DNA from: Styela clava
Lineage: Eukaryota
Length of the DNA stretch: 64,000 bases
Direction of reading: 5' to 3'
Assembly: GCF_964204865.1 (NCBI RefSeq)
Contig: NC_135263.1
Coordinates: forward strand, 8,804,001 to 8,868,000
The position numbers and the translations under genes were made by a program. Numbering within the stretch: the first letter of the stretch is position 1; every line of letters starts with the position of its first letter. This document shows, one piece after another, positions 11,823 through 25,484 of this stretch. Below the pieces are notes generated by a model that saw only the letters and a list, made by a program, of their open reading frames with translations, was not told where the DNA came from and did not search any database.

Positions 11823-14800
11823 CCTGCAAACACTAACAGACGAGTCCATTCTTGTATTTAATGTAGTTATTTCCTCAAAAAATATTATGAATATAGCTGA
11901 ATTCGCGCAACTGTTATCGTTATATATTTAGTTGTTCAGCGCCTTGACTTATATAATGAACTACACGGGGTAGTCTGCGAAGTAAGGGTAACAATCAAGT
12001 TATATTACTTGGCGAGACACTGTGCAGCCTATAAACGGGGAGGTTTATTCAACTAAATTCTACTCAGTCACGGAACTTCAGTTCTTTTCACTCTCTAAAA
12101 ATATTAAAAAAATAACAATATTGACTGGGTTAAATGAGACTTGTGCCCCTAGATAGGATGTACATACATTGAATATAATATCGCTGCCACTAGAATATTC
12201 GAAATTTTAATTTTCGATCACATTTCTAATCGATCAACAATTATATTGAACCTCATAACAAACAAAACCTGCATACGACCGTTGTTGTAACCGGCACTTT
12301 ATCCTATGTGTCAACCTTGAAAACGAGCAGGATGACTTGTCACTGAGCCTAATTCCGCCTTCACAAAAATCACAACGGCAAAATGCCTCTTCCGCCTTTG
12401 TCACTGACACGCTAGCTTAACGTTGTTCAACGAAAGGCCGTTTACACGAGATGCAACAAGCGTACTAATACTGCGTCGTTCGTCTGCCTACACTTCTGCG
12501 GACATTTGTTCCATGCATATTAAATCAACTAAGTGACTCTTTATTCTGACACGAGAAAACCCAGGTTTCCCACTTTCAAATATAAAGTCTATATTGTTAT
12601 ACCTGAAATGAATACGTTGCGCCCAGTCCAATTACATACGGTCAATGTTAAAAGCAATTGAAAATTCCATCTCGACACTAATGGCAATTTATTTTTAATT
12701 AAATTTTACTCGACGGGAGAGGTCGGGATCATATATCAAATATGCATACAAAGCATATTTACATCAACATTTCAAGGATGTGCTTATACCTAATTACGAT
12801 ATTATACATTATCGAAAGACTCCGGCTTTACGGGAAACTGCCTGTTGAAATTTCGACCTCTTAATTAATAATTTGGCAAAATGGCTGAGAGCTATCGATC
12901 TTATTTCTAAAGCATATGGACCAATAATATAAATATGAAAATTTTTGTGGCAGCAGAGTTGACGAATAGGGTAATTGGCTGGAAGCATTATATCACCGAA
13001 CATGCTAAATTTGAACATAAATCATTCATTCGATCTATTGTTATCGATGGCCAGACAAGATGTGCAGTATTGTTTATTCGCTATTTACATTTTTCGTTTT
13101 GAATAAATTGCAGCGAAGAGCCTTTCAAACTAATTTGGTCGACGTTGTCAGCGTTTTGAGATGCGATTGAAGTTTAATTAGAATCAAGGGGATATTATTT
13201 ATGTTTTTTCCTCCAAACAAAATCCCAGACAATTTACTGGGTAATCATATTTTGTCACACTAAGCTAAGCAACACTAGCTAAGAGACTATGCCACAAGAC
13301 AAGCGCACTACCTCAATTCGATTTCAGAATTACACCAGTTCCCTCACCCTGGCACTGTAATTTATTTTAATGAAACGTCTGCAAGTGTCACGTATAGCAA
13401 AATTAATATGTTCACTCTGTCTGTTTTGCTAGACTATACTGTCTTATGCTAATCTGCACTGAGATTGTTTTAACTTGGTCTACAGGTTTGGTCGATTTCT
13501 CCCGAGAGACTAGAACGGAGTAAAAATCGATTCACTATAAAAAATTCACCGCAAAGCGCCATCGTTTGTTATATGGTGTATTGGACAAATAGTTAGAGGA
13601 AGTGCGTTGAATCAAATATGCAGTGCGTTTGGTTCTGGTGAATGAACTTTTTATTTTAAACCGACGCATGAAAAATCACAATCTCGATCAGGAAGCTGAC
13701 TCAATGACACTCAATGAGTTCTATAGCTGAGATTATTCTTCCCATTTCAATGAGCCAAACGTTCGAAACACATTGATAGAATAATGTGTTAAGGAAATCA
13801 ACAACACGCGCTTCTGAACATATGTTTTGGGTCAAGATTGCTAACCTAGGTTAATAAGTATATCCCTTTGGGACTCGAGGCGAGGCGTCAAATTTGGAAG
13901 CATAAGTCATATTGTAATGAGATTGAAGCAATAGTTGTATTTCGTAGGGGAGCCTTGCAAAAATTGTGGCGTCGTTTATATAGGACTTCCCTTTTTCGTA
14001 GGCTGGGGCAATGATACGTAGAAATCCTTGTCGAAGCAACCTTGCCGTTCATATTGGGTGGCTGCATTCAAAAAAGATGGCAGCCGATGGCGTACTCAGT
14101 CTATTATTTTGCGATCCTAACATGCGAACCTGTAAATAACAAAGGTCATGGGCGAGCCTGCGTTTTTAATACCCTGTATAAACAACCCTCAAAGCGGCAG
14201 ACGCCGTTTTTGATCTGTAGGCTATGTATAAAAACTTAACTTGAGTGTTAGTATTGATTCTTCACCATTAGACTCCCCGAACGTGGAAATGGAATAACCT
14301 GGCAATAGCATTCCTGCTTAACCAGCTCGATAAAACCTGTGTGGTGAGGATACTGTAAATCTGCTCACTGATCGTTAGCCGACACAAGCACTCTTATGAT
14401 CACAAGAGCGTTTATGTTGTACGCTTGTCTTCGTTGTTGAAGATCCGATTAGTGAAATAACTGAATAAGCCCGTAAAGCGTATTGTTCGGTATTCCGTTA
14501 TTTTTCTTTTAAAAATCATCCGCTCTTGTCGTTGTTTATTAAGAAACACACGCGTCGATGAAGAATATCATACATGCAAAATATCTTTATCAAAAACTGC
14601 TATATTGCCTCGGATTGTACATACACCTACATGACAAAGTCCATTGACAAATAAAAACAACGAACGCATAGCTTCTGACACGACACTTGAGCGGATACCA
14701 ATAAATTAACTTCTATTTGAACAGTCAGGCCTGTAGTTTAACGAGCAGCACGTCCCGGACAAATAAGGCCCAGCCGTGAATAATGTCATAAAAAATATTC

Positions 14801-15074
14801 TGCTTACGTTATTCCTAATTGACATGTTTGTTCACCAGGTGGCCAATTATGACAAGCTAATCGTAACGTAACAACTGACTTAATGGTGCTGTATCTAAGG
14901 CTGGTTTATATTTCTCATTCTGATACAATAAGCTGACAATTCAAATATATCAGGCAGTTTCAAAATTCCTGTATCAATTGTAATATTAACCTCTCGCCTA
15001 TTTCCATTTGATGAAGCTATATCCTAACTAATCATTGAAATTCTTTGGTATCCATGTTCACATATTTTAATTTA

Positions 15075-15271
15075 GGTGACCGTACATTTGGACCCACGTA
15101 CATTTGAACCCATGTCTATATCCGCGGGTTCAATCAATATGCGGGTGCTGAAACCCATGGGTTAGTATGGGTTCAACTATCCGTACAACAAAAAAATTTC
15201 CATAGGTGCAATAGTATGCAGGTGCAATTGTCATGGGTTCAAATGTAAGTGGGTTCAAATGTAATGGAACC
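15075..15271. mobile_element. Palindromic MITE, MULE-like
   Basis: Arms of TACATTTGAACCCA / TGGGTTCAAATGTA repeats, flanked by a perfect 9-bp direct repeat TTTAATTTA (15066-15074, 15272-15280). Confidence 0.75.
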
Positions 15272-18200
15272 TTTAATTTATGCTTCCTGTATCGCTTTCA
15301 GATTGCTGTGGTTTATTGTTTTAAACTAAAAATGATCTTCCCTTAAAGAGTATCAGAGTAGCCACGAGAGGAAATTCAGAAGACATTTTTATTTATTTAA
15401 TTGAGCTAAATTAACAGGTTTCAGAAGGCTACACTGGCCCCCGCGTGCTCGGCGGCATCATTAAAATTCTTCAGGGTGTCGATATTTGACTTTCATCACC
15501 ACGTAATGACCGTCAATATGCCAAATTAGGAATGCAAATTACACACAGCCAGGAGGTAATCATTGCTAATTAATCCCTCCCCAACGGATCTGCCCGGGTT
15601 CAATAATATTTCCAATCATGCATTCGAAGACCATGTGCCCTGATAAAGAAGAGTAGACGCTAATGAACTGTCTGTCAGTACGTCCTTGGTAACTGATATT
15701 TAAATGAAAATATACTTTTTACGCTATCTGAATTGTTATGTGGGTGCAAATAAGACTTCAACAAAAGTTAAGATTTGTTCAGTGCACATCTATATTAAAA
15801 GTGATGAGTGTAATTTACAGTTATATTTCTTATATTACACGTCGCGTCATGTATTCAAGTTTACGTGAGTTAAAATAACTGTAATATCTGCGTGGGTGGT
15901 AATTCTGTGACTGTAAGCTATGCTAATGCAACTGCCCGTGGGTCGACAACAAGTCTGTTTCCGGGTGTATAAATAGTAAATACACGCTAGTCCAGATGTT
16001 CGTAATTGCAAATTCTATTCTATTCGCAAATCTCCACACTAGTATCAGTCTCTTGGTTGAGATCATGTGATGGGGCTACTATTTACACTTAGTTAATAGT
16101 GATCGAAGATACAGCTGCATGTCGAATTATACACGACCATTAACATCTTTTTTGAATTCTACACACCCCCTTCAGCATTAGGAAACCGCCGTTGAGAAAA
16201 AGAAATGGTTACCATAACCGCAAGTCAGTGCTAGCTCGGCTACATCCAGACGGCATTTTGCCTTTCCAGCGGCACTGAGCTATGGCTTTCGGTATGCTCA
16301 TTGCAGATTAACACTGCCAGCATGATAGAATAGTCTTAGTGGCTGTGGCAGCTCCCTATCAGGCCCCGACTCTTTCCTATTTGGGCGTTGGTGGCAATTC
16401 TGACAGTGTGCGCGGGTTTTGCCATCGCTCTCGTTATAGCGCGAACTAATATCCCGTCGATGTAAAGTCTGGGTTGCCAACTCTATTGGTCGTACAAGCT
16501 ATACGATCTGACAGGCAATATGTGGATAATCGAAGTCGCAACAAATGGAATCTATGGAATTAAAAATTGTGGCGCAGACCGATCTCAGCTCACGTCAATC
16601 CAACGAGAGCATGTTTCACAATAGCGGTTAACTAGGGACACCGACTTACTGATTCTCTTTTTAATAGTGGCTGATCCGCTATTTTATTCACTGTTTCTAT
16701 TTTCCTTAACTCACGCGTCTTTCCCCTTGACTTTTGATTGCATTTACATTATACTTTTAGTGATATCGTTCTAGCACTTTTTAGTGTTTCAAAACTTTTA
16801 TAACAAAAGTTTACATAGTTCTCGGCACACTTATCGGCTAGAGACATTTAACCACATTGATAAAAGCACAATTTTTGTTCTTAAATAAACATTGCACTTG
16901 ATTGGCAGTATACATTATATTTTGCAGCTGTTTTAAAAACCAAACCTGGTGTCAAATAAGGAATGTACGAGGGAGTTCACACACATGGCAATCGGGACCA
17001 TAACCCTTCTCACACCGTCTATCTATTCTATACTGTTTCTGACGGTGCAGCCTTGAGAGTGAAAATGCCGCTAAACACAAACATGAGTTACTATGGAGCT
17101 CCTTCTAGGATCGGACAACGTTTACAAAAAAACTACATGAGACGTAAATTTATATATATATAACGTGCAAAAAAAATTTAGTAGTATAGGAAGATTACGT
17201 ATAGGGTCAATGGTCGGGAAAACATCCATTACGTGCCATGTGTTTGGCAAATTTGGAACTTTTCCTTTAAGGTACAACTAACCAATGTTTTGCAGATTAA
17301 AATATTTTTAGAAAATGTTTGTCATTAAGAATATTTTTTTCCGTTTATTAAATGTATTGAAATCTCAGTACTCCACAATAGTGGAAGTATTAATAAAATA
17401 GCATTGTATTGGTGCCTGAGTTGCCAAAGATCAGTCAATCCGGCGACATTCATTTTGGCCGAGGCATAATAATATGTTGCTGATTGGAAACGCGCTATTG
17501 GTTCGAACTCCAGCTATCGGTTCATCCATATTCAAAATATAATTATTTGTTTCTTTCGCGCTTCGACTTTTCATGAATTTTTTAGCGTCTGCTGACCCGT
17601 AAACTACTGCATTTATGTGCGGAAGGAAGCTCGTGGTTGATGGTTTAAATTTATTTGTGTGTTAGTTTTGTTCAGTACATATATATATACAGATAGAAAT
17701 CCCGACGCAAATGGACGTGGGTAAAATATGTAAGCGCAAACCTGCAAATACGGAACAGTTGGGTTGAAAATGCGCTTTATCGCAAATAATACGGCTATTT
17801 TTATGTCAGCAATATTCAGTAAATCAACTATTTTGACAAGACGTTTATCGGCGACATCTTTATTTACGTGTGGAACCTTATTTACGGTCTTTTATTAACG
17901 ATAATTCTATCAACTAAGCTGCTTCTACACTATTATCTTTATATTTCTTCAACCTTTGTTACAGTCTTAAACCAACCTGCACTGCCCATAGAAGGTATGA
18001 ATCGATAAACTCAGTTAAGCAATTTCCTACAAGTTTTCCATTGATTTTCTTTCACGCTCGCCAACCATGTTCTCGTTGCGTCGCGGTAAATTTCTTGCCG
18101 ATTACTGCTATCTACAAATCTGTATTCATTGGGTTGAGATCACAGCTGGAACGTACCAAACAGCAGCGCTGTATGCATATCGTATACATGGTACAACTTG

Positions 18201-19404
18201 GTGAAATTAACATATTCAGAATCACCCTACTCTCGTCTGCGTCGATAATCGCATAATTCGCCTTCAGCGAATTTGTGTCAACTCGAAATTGAGATTGCAA
18301 CAGATTAGATTATAATTTTTTGTCTCGATATTTTGTTATTAATTTTTTGTCTTGATATTTTATATTTTTCACTCTTTTCCAGATAAGTGATTCGATTTTC
18401 TTTATAGATGAGGCGATATTGTTACGACATACATATTAATCAAATGCCCATATAAAGCATTAACTTCTACTTGGTAAATGTATCGTGCGAATGTATCAAT
18501 AAACCATATAGTTATGTATTCGTGATAACGTAATCGAAGAGATATTTCGTAGTTGTTAGCGCCAATGATTTAATATCGTGTTAATTTCGTATTAACAGCT
18601 CAGTGTCAAAATTTAACATAACGTCAAAGGTTTGTTTCATACCATGAAAACTAAGCAAGTTTTTGAAAATCTGGATGTCAGTTGAATACATGGAAATAAT
18701 TTCGTCTTGTCGAAGTTATTGCAAATCATTCCCTTCACTCCCACAGCTCTCTCATGGGACTTCAATTTTCAACCGTGTCGTGGAGTACTTTATACAGCAT
18801 GACAAGGATTTCGAAACTTCAAAAATATTCCCATTTTATATGCGTGGTTTGGCTTTGAGATTTACATATATATATATACGTACAGTATACACCATGTTTC
18901 TCCGAAAACAAGACCTACCCTGAAGTTAAGACCCAGCCTGAATTTCACGGATGATTTTAATATAAGACCTAGTGGTCAATAGCGCGAATTTTTTTTTTAC
19001 CTAGTCGATAGCAAGAAATCTCCTCCACACGTTTCAAATGATTAATCTCAAACGTGTGAAACAGGAAAACGTATCATTTAAGATAAGTAAATGGATATCG
19101 GTTTTCGTATTCCTCATATTTGAAAATTCGTAATTCTCTACTTTGTAGTTTTGTTTTTGATGAATGAAAATAAAAAACATCCTCCGAAAATAAGCCCTAG
19201 TGTTATTTTTTCGAAAGAAAATTGAAATAAGACAATCATTGTCTTATTTCCGGGGAAACACGGTATATATATATCGGCATCGGTCATTTTTTTGCTATCG
19301 GTATCGGGTAGACCGAGATTTTCGATATATTCTGCCCTCTGGTCTGATCCAACATGTTTTAAGGAATATATTAGTATACGAATGCTGATAACTGAAATCA
19401 TTTT

Positions 19405-19485
19405 TTTGCGGTGAAGCATGTTCGCGTTCCACCCTCGCGACTAGAAACGGGTATAATGACGTCACGATATCAGGTACCACGAGAT
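19405..19485. promoter_or_regulatory. CpG-rich promoter-like patch with a full CRE; candidate G-gamma promoter
   Basis: TGACGTCA at 19457-19464, TCGCGA at 19435 and local CpG density. Assignment to the G-gamma gene is inference only. Confidence 0.3.
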
Positions 19486-19776
19486 TTTATTACTTTTCAA
19501 TGTTTATAAATTCCTTCGATTATATTCTCTTATAAATAAAATTTATAGTTTAAGCAGATTTAAAGGAAATATACACAACGCTGATTATGGCGGCCTAATG
19601 TATTCAAAAACGTGTATACGTAAATGTAATGTAATTGAAAATGAAATATATTTATAAAAACGCCACAGTGGATTTTCCGCGTTGTACCATATACTAAATT
19701 TTTACACTGAAATTATTAAGTAGAAATGCACTTGATTGTTGGATGTTTTGTACAAATCCCTACCAAAAATACGGTA

Positions 19777-19868
19777 CTCCTGAAGTATGCACACCAAGAT
19801 GTCGCATAACCTGAACTGAACATCCTGAGTTCAGGATGTACGCCATCTTGGTGCGCATACTTCAGGAG
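19777..19868. repeat. Short hairpin MITE
   Basis: CTCCTGAAGTATGCACACCAAGATG ... CATCTTGGTGCGCATACTTCAGGAG near-perfect inverted repeat; a degenerate relative lies at about 55343-55592. Confidence 0.75.
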
Positions 19869-20573
19869 GTCCAAAAATACTCCCCGACAACGCTTAAAAT
19901 AACAAAATTAATATTTATCCAGTCAGAGTTAGGAATACATATTGCAATTGAAATTTTTGCATCGTTCCTACCCTTACCGGGATAATACCTAGGTTTTTTT
20001 ATTTTAAAAGTGGCGTGGGTGTTTTCCTCAAATCTCACATTTTTGCATTAGTGACGGGAGCTTTGTACAAAAGTTTCCATGTTTCAAGCTATTTATCATC
20101 CAAACTATATCAATTGATTTGTCTATTTTCGATACCAAAATTGTGTTATTTACATTTTGAACAATAGCAATAGGTAATTAATAATTATGAAGGAAAATAA
20201 CGATCAAATGTCACAGAGAATTTTCTCGTTGCCTGAAATACAAAACAGAATCGTATTGATACAAAATCCAGCGTACGCCACTATATGTATTGGTTTCATA
20301 GTAGGGGTAAACATTTATTCGTTATACCAGTTATAGTGGACAACCAGCTATGATCTTTTTATCAACCGAAACACGATATTCCCAGCGCCCGTGGACAACA
20401 AACGTCTGCAGAACGTATGGGCATTTTAATAAACCATCAGTGGTGATTCCATATTTATTTATGCATCTGAATCAGAAATATCGATTTTTCATGCTCTGAA
20501 ATATATATCTAATATCTTTCCAAGTTCACACTCAGGAAGATTGTATATACGTCGATGATAATTACATATTATC

Positions 20574-23257
20574 TAGGCTTACCATAAATCTGAAACAAAA
20601 AACCGGGACGGTGCGATTTGGCAAACATTCGGTTGATTGCCAGTCTTTGTAATATTGAAACGTCTCCCATGCCATTGCGGCTGTAAATCTCTATACTGAT
20701 TATTGAATTAGAAAAAACACAAAAAAATAGTTTGTATTATTTATTTAGACCAAAAGTATTTGTTCGCAGATGGAACCCTTCTCAAAAATTCTTGTTTTGA
20801 TTTTGTCATAAAACTGATAACAAGAGACATCACCATTAAATTTGCAGGTTACGAGTGCTTTTATATTTTCTTCTGGCATTCTGAACCTGCTTCCAGACCA
20901 GAAATCTGTTCAACAGATGCCGATGTTCCGGCAAACAAAATCAACGAGTTTCTGCAAATTCGAAATGCTAATATTTCTGTTAGAAAAAACGTTAAACATC
21001 TCTGTCCACTTAAATTCAACCGCAAAGTAAGACAAATTGCATTTGAACCATGCTCAGATAAATATCTCTATATCAGTATTCGTCGAAAAGGGCATCTCTA
21101 TTCAAAACCAGACTAGCTAACCGAACATATCATTTATTAATTTTGCATACCAAACACTTTAGTCCAGTTTAAATCACCCTTCGAATTTGTTCATATGTGG
21201 GGCCTGGGGAGCATTGTAGGCTTCATCATGCAGCCATATATACCGCAAACATTCTTTTTAAATACAGTTACGTCGATTTCGCCAGAGCGTTCCAAGGATT
21301 CCAGAAGTACAAGTGAATGCGACGGAATTAAAAGACCCCACCCTTTTTCCTTCAAATTTAGCTTCACCTCTGACATCTACGGTAGGGGTCGGCAACCTTT
21401 TGTCGCTCGTGGGACAAAATTAAGGGTTGCGAGTCATTGGCGGGCCGTACATATTTTTAGAAAGCTGAAACCGAACGGATGATACTTTTTATAATAAAAA
21501 TCAAGCAGTAATACATCTTTCGAATAGAATATAGATTTATTTCCTCCTTGCATCGCAAAAAATTGCATTTGAATATTTTCAGCGCCGTTGAACCCTTTGA
21601 ACTTCGCATCATTTTTCTGCGTTTTGTTGCCATTTGCCTAATTATAATTAAATTATAGGCTCATTAAACGAGTAGTGGTGTATTATATACTTGTTAGGTT
21701 ATAATATAATTTAGTTTAAAAAATATAATCGTCAAAACGGCTGTTTTGTTACTTTAATTTAGTGAAGCGTCACGAGCCGGATTATAATATTCTGCGGGCC
21801 GGATCCGGCCCTGGAACCGTAAGTTGCCGACCCCTGATCTACGGCATTAGTATTATCTTTTTTCAAAATTAAAATAATTTTGTTGAAGTAGGTGAGCTGG
21901 CAAAGGATAATTTTCAAGTGAAGTTCGTACGCTGGAACATTCAAGCATAAGAGTAGGACATCCTTTTTGAGAATTTGAATAACTTATCAAGCTTTCAAAC
22001 AGTTCCGTAATTCTTTGCAAAGCAGGTAATAAAGGGAAAACCCGAGTGTTGCCATGCTGTAATAGCCGTTGATTCTCACTATCAACAAAATTGCAGAATG
22101 ATTTCTCCTCTGTTACTCGGACAGTGTAAATGTAATAATATTTATATATACATTTTGACAACAACACAAACAGGCAAAGTATCTACGACATGTTGAAAAT
22201 GGCATCGCAGTGCACTGTTGAACTACATGGTACGCACAATCTATACCGGTTATATTTCTTTTAATTTGAAAAAAAAGCATTATTTGTTTTTCGTCTTTTT
22301 ACGCCTCCAAAGTTGATGTTGCAATTATCCACACAGAATCCAACAACTTTTCCGAGAAAAGAGAGCAAGTATTCAGTAAAAGTTTTGGCGGTTTCCCTGG
22401 GTAAAGATTTGAATTCTAATAGTTTTATCTTCACACCAACATCAGGTAAAAAAATAACGAACCACAACTGGAACAAGCTTTAAATTCTTTCTGTTTGATG
22501 CATCGAAGGTTACTGATACGAAACTGGTTTAAAGTAAATCATCATTAGGTTCAGAGGAGAACAGCGGAACAATTCAATTAAAAATCATCGACTATCATTT
22601 ATTTCTGGTTAAACGTGCAAAATCAGCAAATCCGCTTATCAGACAGCGGACATCAGAAATTCTAACTGTGTATATTTACAAGTTAATGCAAATTTAGGCT
22701 AAAAAAAATTGAAATCAATTCAGAGGTGCAGTCAAAACTTTGTGTGATAGGCAAATGTCGGCTGCCAACGACAAAGAATCATCCGAATTTGTTATCGCAA
22801 AAAATTGGTCAGTCGAGTCGATGCCTCAATTAATGTTTTGGGCTTCCTGCTTTGGATATGATCGTTGACATCAGAACGACCGTCTTGACTAATAGAAAAA
22901 CAGATCTGCAATGCGTACAGTGTACCTTCCCTCCTTCCGTTTGCGCAAAATCTCCTTTCAACTCATTAGAAAATTTGTACTTCTTTTATGGCATTTCGAC
23001 AACTTAACGGCATTGTAGTTAACGCCAGAAAACGCATTAAAACATATACCGATTGTGACATAACAATAGAGCATTTTTTACTCTCTGAACTAGCGAAGTG
23101 TGTCGCAAAACAGTGGTAAATGGGCTGCCACCGTTAAAAAAAATTGTAACAATAAGGAATATGAATTTTTCACCCATGACAGCCGTGCTGACAAACCGGG
23201 ACATTTGAGTCAACCGGCCGGGACAGCTCGTCAAAACCGGGACGTATGGTAAGCCTA
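20574..23257 (-). mobile_element. Blackjack-type hAT transposon with decayed transposase
   Basis: TIR TAGGCTTACCATA at both ends, perfect 8-bp TSD ATATTATC and CCGGGAC subterminal repeats. Minus-strand frameshifted transposase pieces include FSISQDGRSDVNDH, VTFDASNRK, VVGFCVDNCNINFGG and RLLQHGNTR..LLPALQRI. Confidence 0.9.
21383..21836. mobile_element. Charlie-type hAT MITE nested in the Blackjack-type element
   Basis: TIR (T/C)AGGGGTCGGCAAC and perfect 8-bp TSD ATCTACGG (21375-21382, 21837-21844). Confidence 0.9.
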
Positions 23258-24380
23258 ATATTATCGGCAATCTGAAATATCGGCGTTTTGTTGGTATCGA
23301 CGAAAATAGTGATAACGGTACATATTCAGTTTGGACTCATATATTTGATTCGATATTTGATTAATTAATTTAAAAGAATTAATTTGATAAGTGTCTAGAT
23401 TGGTTGGGGACACCCGTCGCCCGATGACTGCTTTCGATAAGTCGACCAGGGCGAACAACATTTGTGACAGCTTCGATTGGTGCTTATTTACAGCTTAGCC
23501 TTAAGAGTGATGCACCAATTTCAAAAATAATTTTATTCACAGACGTATATTCAAGTACTAATATGCAAACAAATATATCAAAAATGACTGAATCAACCAT
23601 CTTTTCATCTCCCTAAATTACACAAAAAAATGAAAAATTGACAACAAAACAACAAGCTTTGTAAAATTAGCTGGGGCAACAAAAAATAAGCAGCAATAGA
23701 GTAATAGATTATATAAATGTATTAATGAGGATTGTCACAAATGCTGAAATATATTGGTTTTGAATGAGACAATGCCCGAGAAGTACCTACTTATTTTATA
23801 TATCCGGTCTTCTCCTGTGAAGATGATTTGTATCAGTTAATAAAACAACATAGAAAACTATACATAATAAAGTTGTGTGAAGAAACATTGTGTAAATTGC
23901 TGTCGCAAAAATATTTAAAAAAAATATGCTACTTACAGCCTTCTACCTGGATTATAAAATGTACTGAATGAATTAGGATTGAATATTTCCTTGCCAATGA
24001 ATTTTGTTCCGCTCAAAAATAGATACTATTGCAAAGTGAATTTATAATAATGATATAAAAAGTATACTGATGAAAAGGGTGGATTGTATGCAAAGCATAG
24101 TGCAAATGATGATGGAGTTTTAACATATACTTCGGAGCAAATATCTCAACTAATATTTAGAGAATTATCAATATTTTTTATGGTCCAAAGTCTCTGTTCA
24201 AAATTAAGAAGATATTCCCCCGTGCTATATAGTCAGATAATTCCAACCAAAATCCCCAAAACAACTACATATATACATTTTTAATCAGATGCTATTCTAG
24301 AACTTTTCCAAATAAATTTTTTCTCCAAAGGAAGATATGTTTGTACTCAATATTTTGATAGTTTTAAAGCTTGAATTGTT

Positions 24381-24884
24381 TCACGTATCACCAGTCATAA
24401 TCGCAATAAAATCTTCCAGGTTAATTTCGCCGTCACCATCAGTATCAAATTCATCAATCATGGCTCTCAATTCATCATCTGTCATATTTTCACCAAGTTC
24501 TCTAGCAACTCTACGTAGATTTCTTAATGATATTTTACCACTGTCATCATCGTCAAAGAGTTTAAAAGCTTTTGTCAACTCTTCCTGGGGATCTCTTTCA
24601 AGAATTAAGTCTGTCATGACATCATTGTAATCATCAAAACTGATTTTTCCAGTTTCTTCTCTGTCATTTTCTCGCAAAATTTTCAAGACGTCAGCTTTTT
24701 TTACTTCAAACCCTAATGCTCTCATTGCGACCTTGAGTTCGTGATAATCTATAAATTTATCCTTGTCTGTGTCAAATAATTCGAAAGCCTCTTTAATTTC
24801 TTGTTTCTGTTCCTCTGAAATCTCCCTCCGCTTTTTTCGTTTGGATTTTTCCAGTCCAAAATCTCCACGTAGAGACAAACTCAT
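24381..24884 (-). CDS. CETN3: Centrin-3, intronless CDS, 167 aa
   Basis: MSLSLR N-terminus and [43 protein letters not shown] are diagnostic of centrin-3; four EF-hands. An acceptor ttcaag sits directly before the ATG, with a candidate 5'UTR exon donor at about 25923 and AATAAA at 23532-23537. Confidence 0.97.
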   Translation of the reverse strand: MSLSLRGDFGLEKSKRKKRREISEEQKQEIKEAFELFDTDKDKFIDYHELKVAMRALGFEVKKADVLKILRENDREETGKISFDDYNDVMTDLILERDPQEELTKAFKLFDDDDSGKISLRNLRRVARELGENMTDDELRAMIDEFDTDGDGEINLEDFIAIMTGDT

Positions 24885-25484
24885 CTTGAAATTATTTTTT
24901 TAATATTAATTCTATAAAAGGCAATTATGAAGAAAAAAAAATGATTAGATTTTTTTTGTCAGGAACATAAATTCAGAACAGGCAGCATTGGATAAAACAG
25001 AGATAAGTGATTGCTGTTTTTATTTGTTTAATTACTATATATGGTAAATACGAGTACTGCCTTGACATATAATACATTTTTTTGTAACCATATTTTATAT
25101 CTACTAATGGTAACTTAAAACACAATAATAGGCTAATCAAATGTCTTCTAGTAGTAAAAAACTCAAAAGTCTAATAAAACACAATATTGGCATTAAAATG
25201 GCACAAAAGTCTAGCATTAAATATTTTTTTAAATTTTTTAACAGTATTTTCAATGAATCAAAATATAAACAGTTCTGCAGTTCATAAATAGATGACTCAG
25301 AAGTTCATGTTCTTTTCCACATACAGACATAATACACACAAATCATTTCCTGCGAGATTTCTTATTCGTGACTTTGTTTATATTGGTAATATATCTCACA
25401 TTAACTTGTGATTGAAAGTTTTCATATAGTTTGTCAGCCTATTGTTGTGAATATTTTTACATGAACTAATCCTGGGGCAACCCT

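Noticed and set aside
16281-16320. miR-135-like (TATGGCTTT, +) and miR-34-like (TGGCAGTGT, -) seeds in a hairpin
   Set aside because: Only the seeds match. The rest differs from the known mature sequences, the stem is bulged, and the miR-34-like stretch crosses the loop.
16242-16470. 7SK or RNase P/MRP resemblance (ACATCC...GCCTTTC; CAGAC/GTCTG)
   Set aside because: No GGATGT 5' partner or GATC stems in place, and the P4-like halves are in the wrong order.
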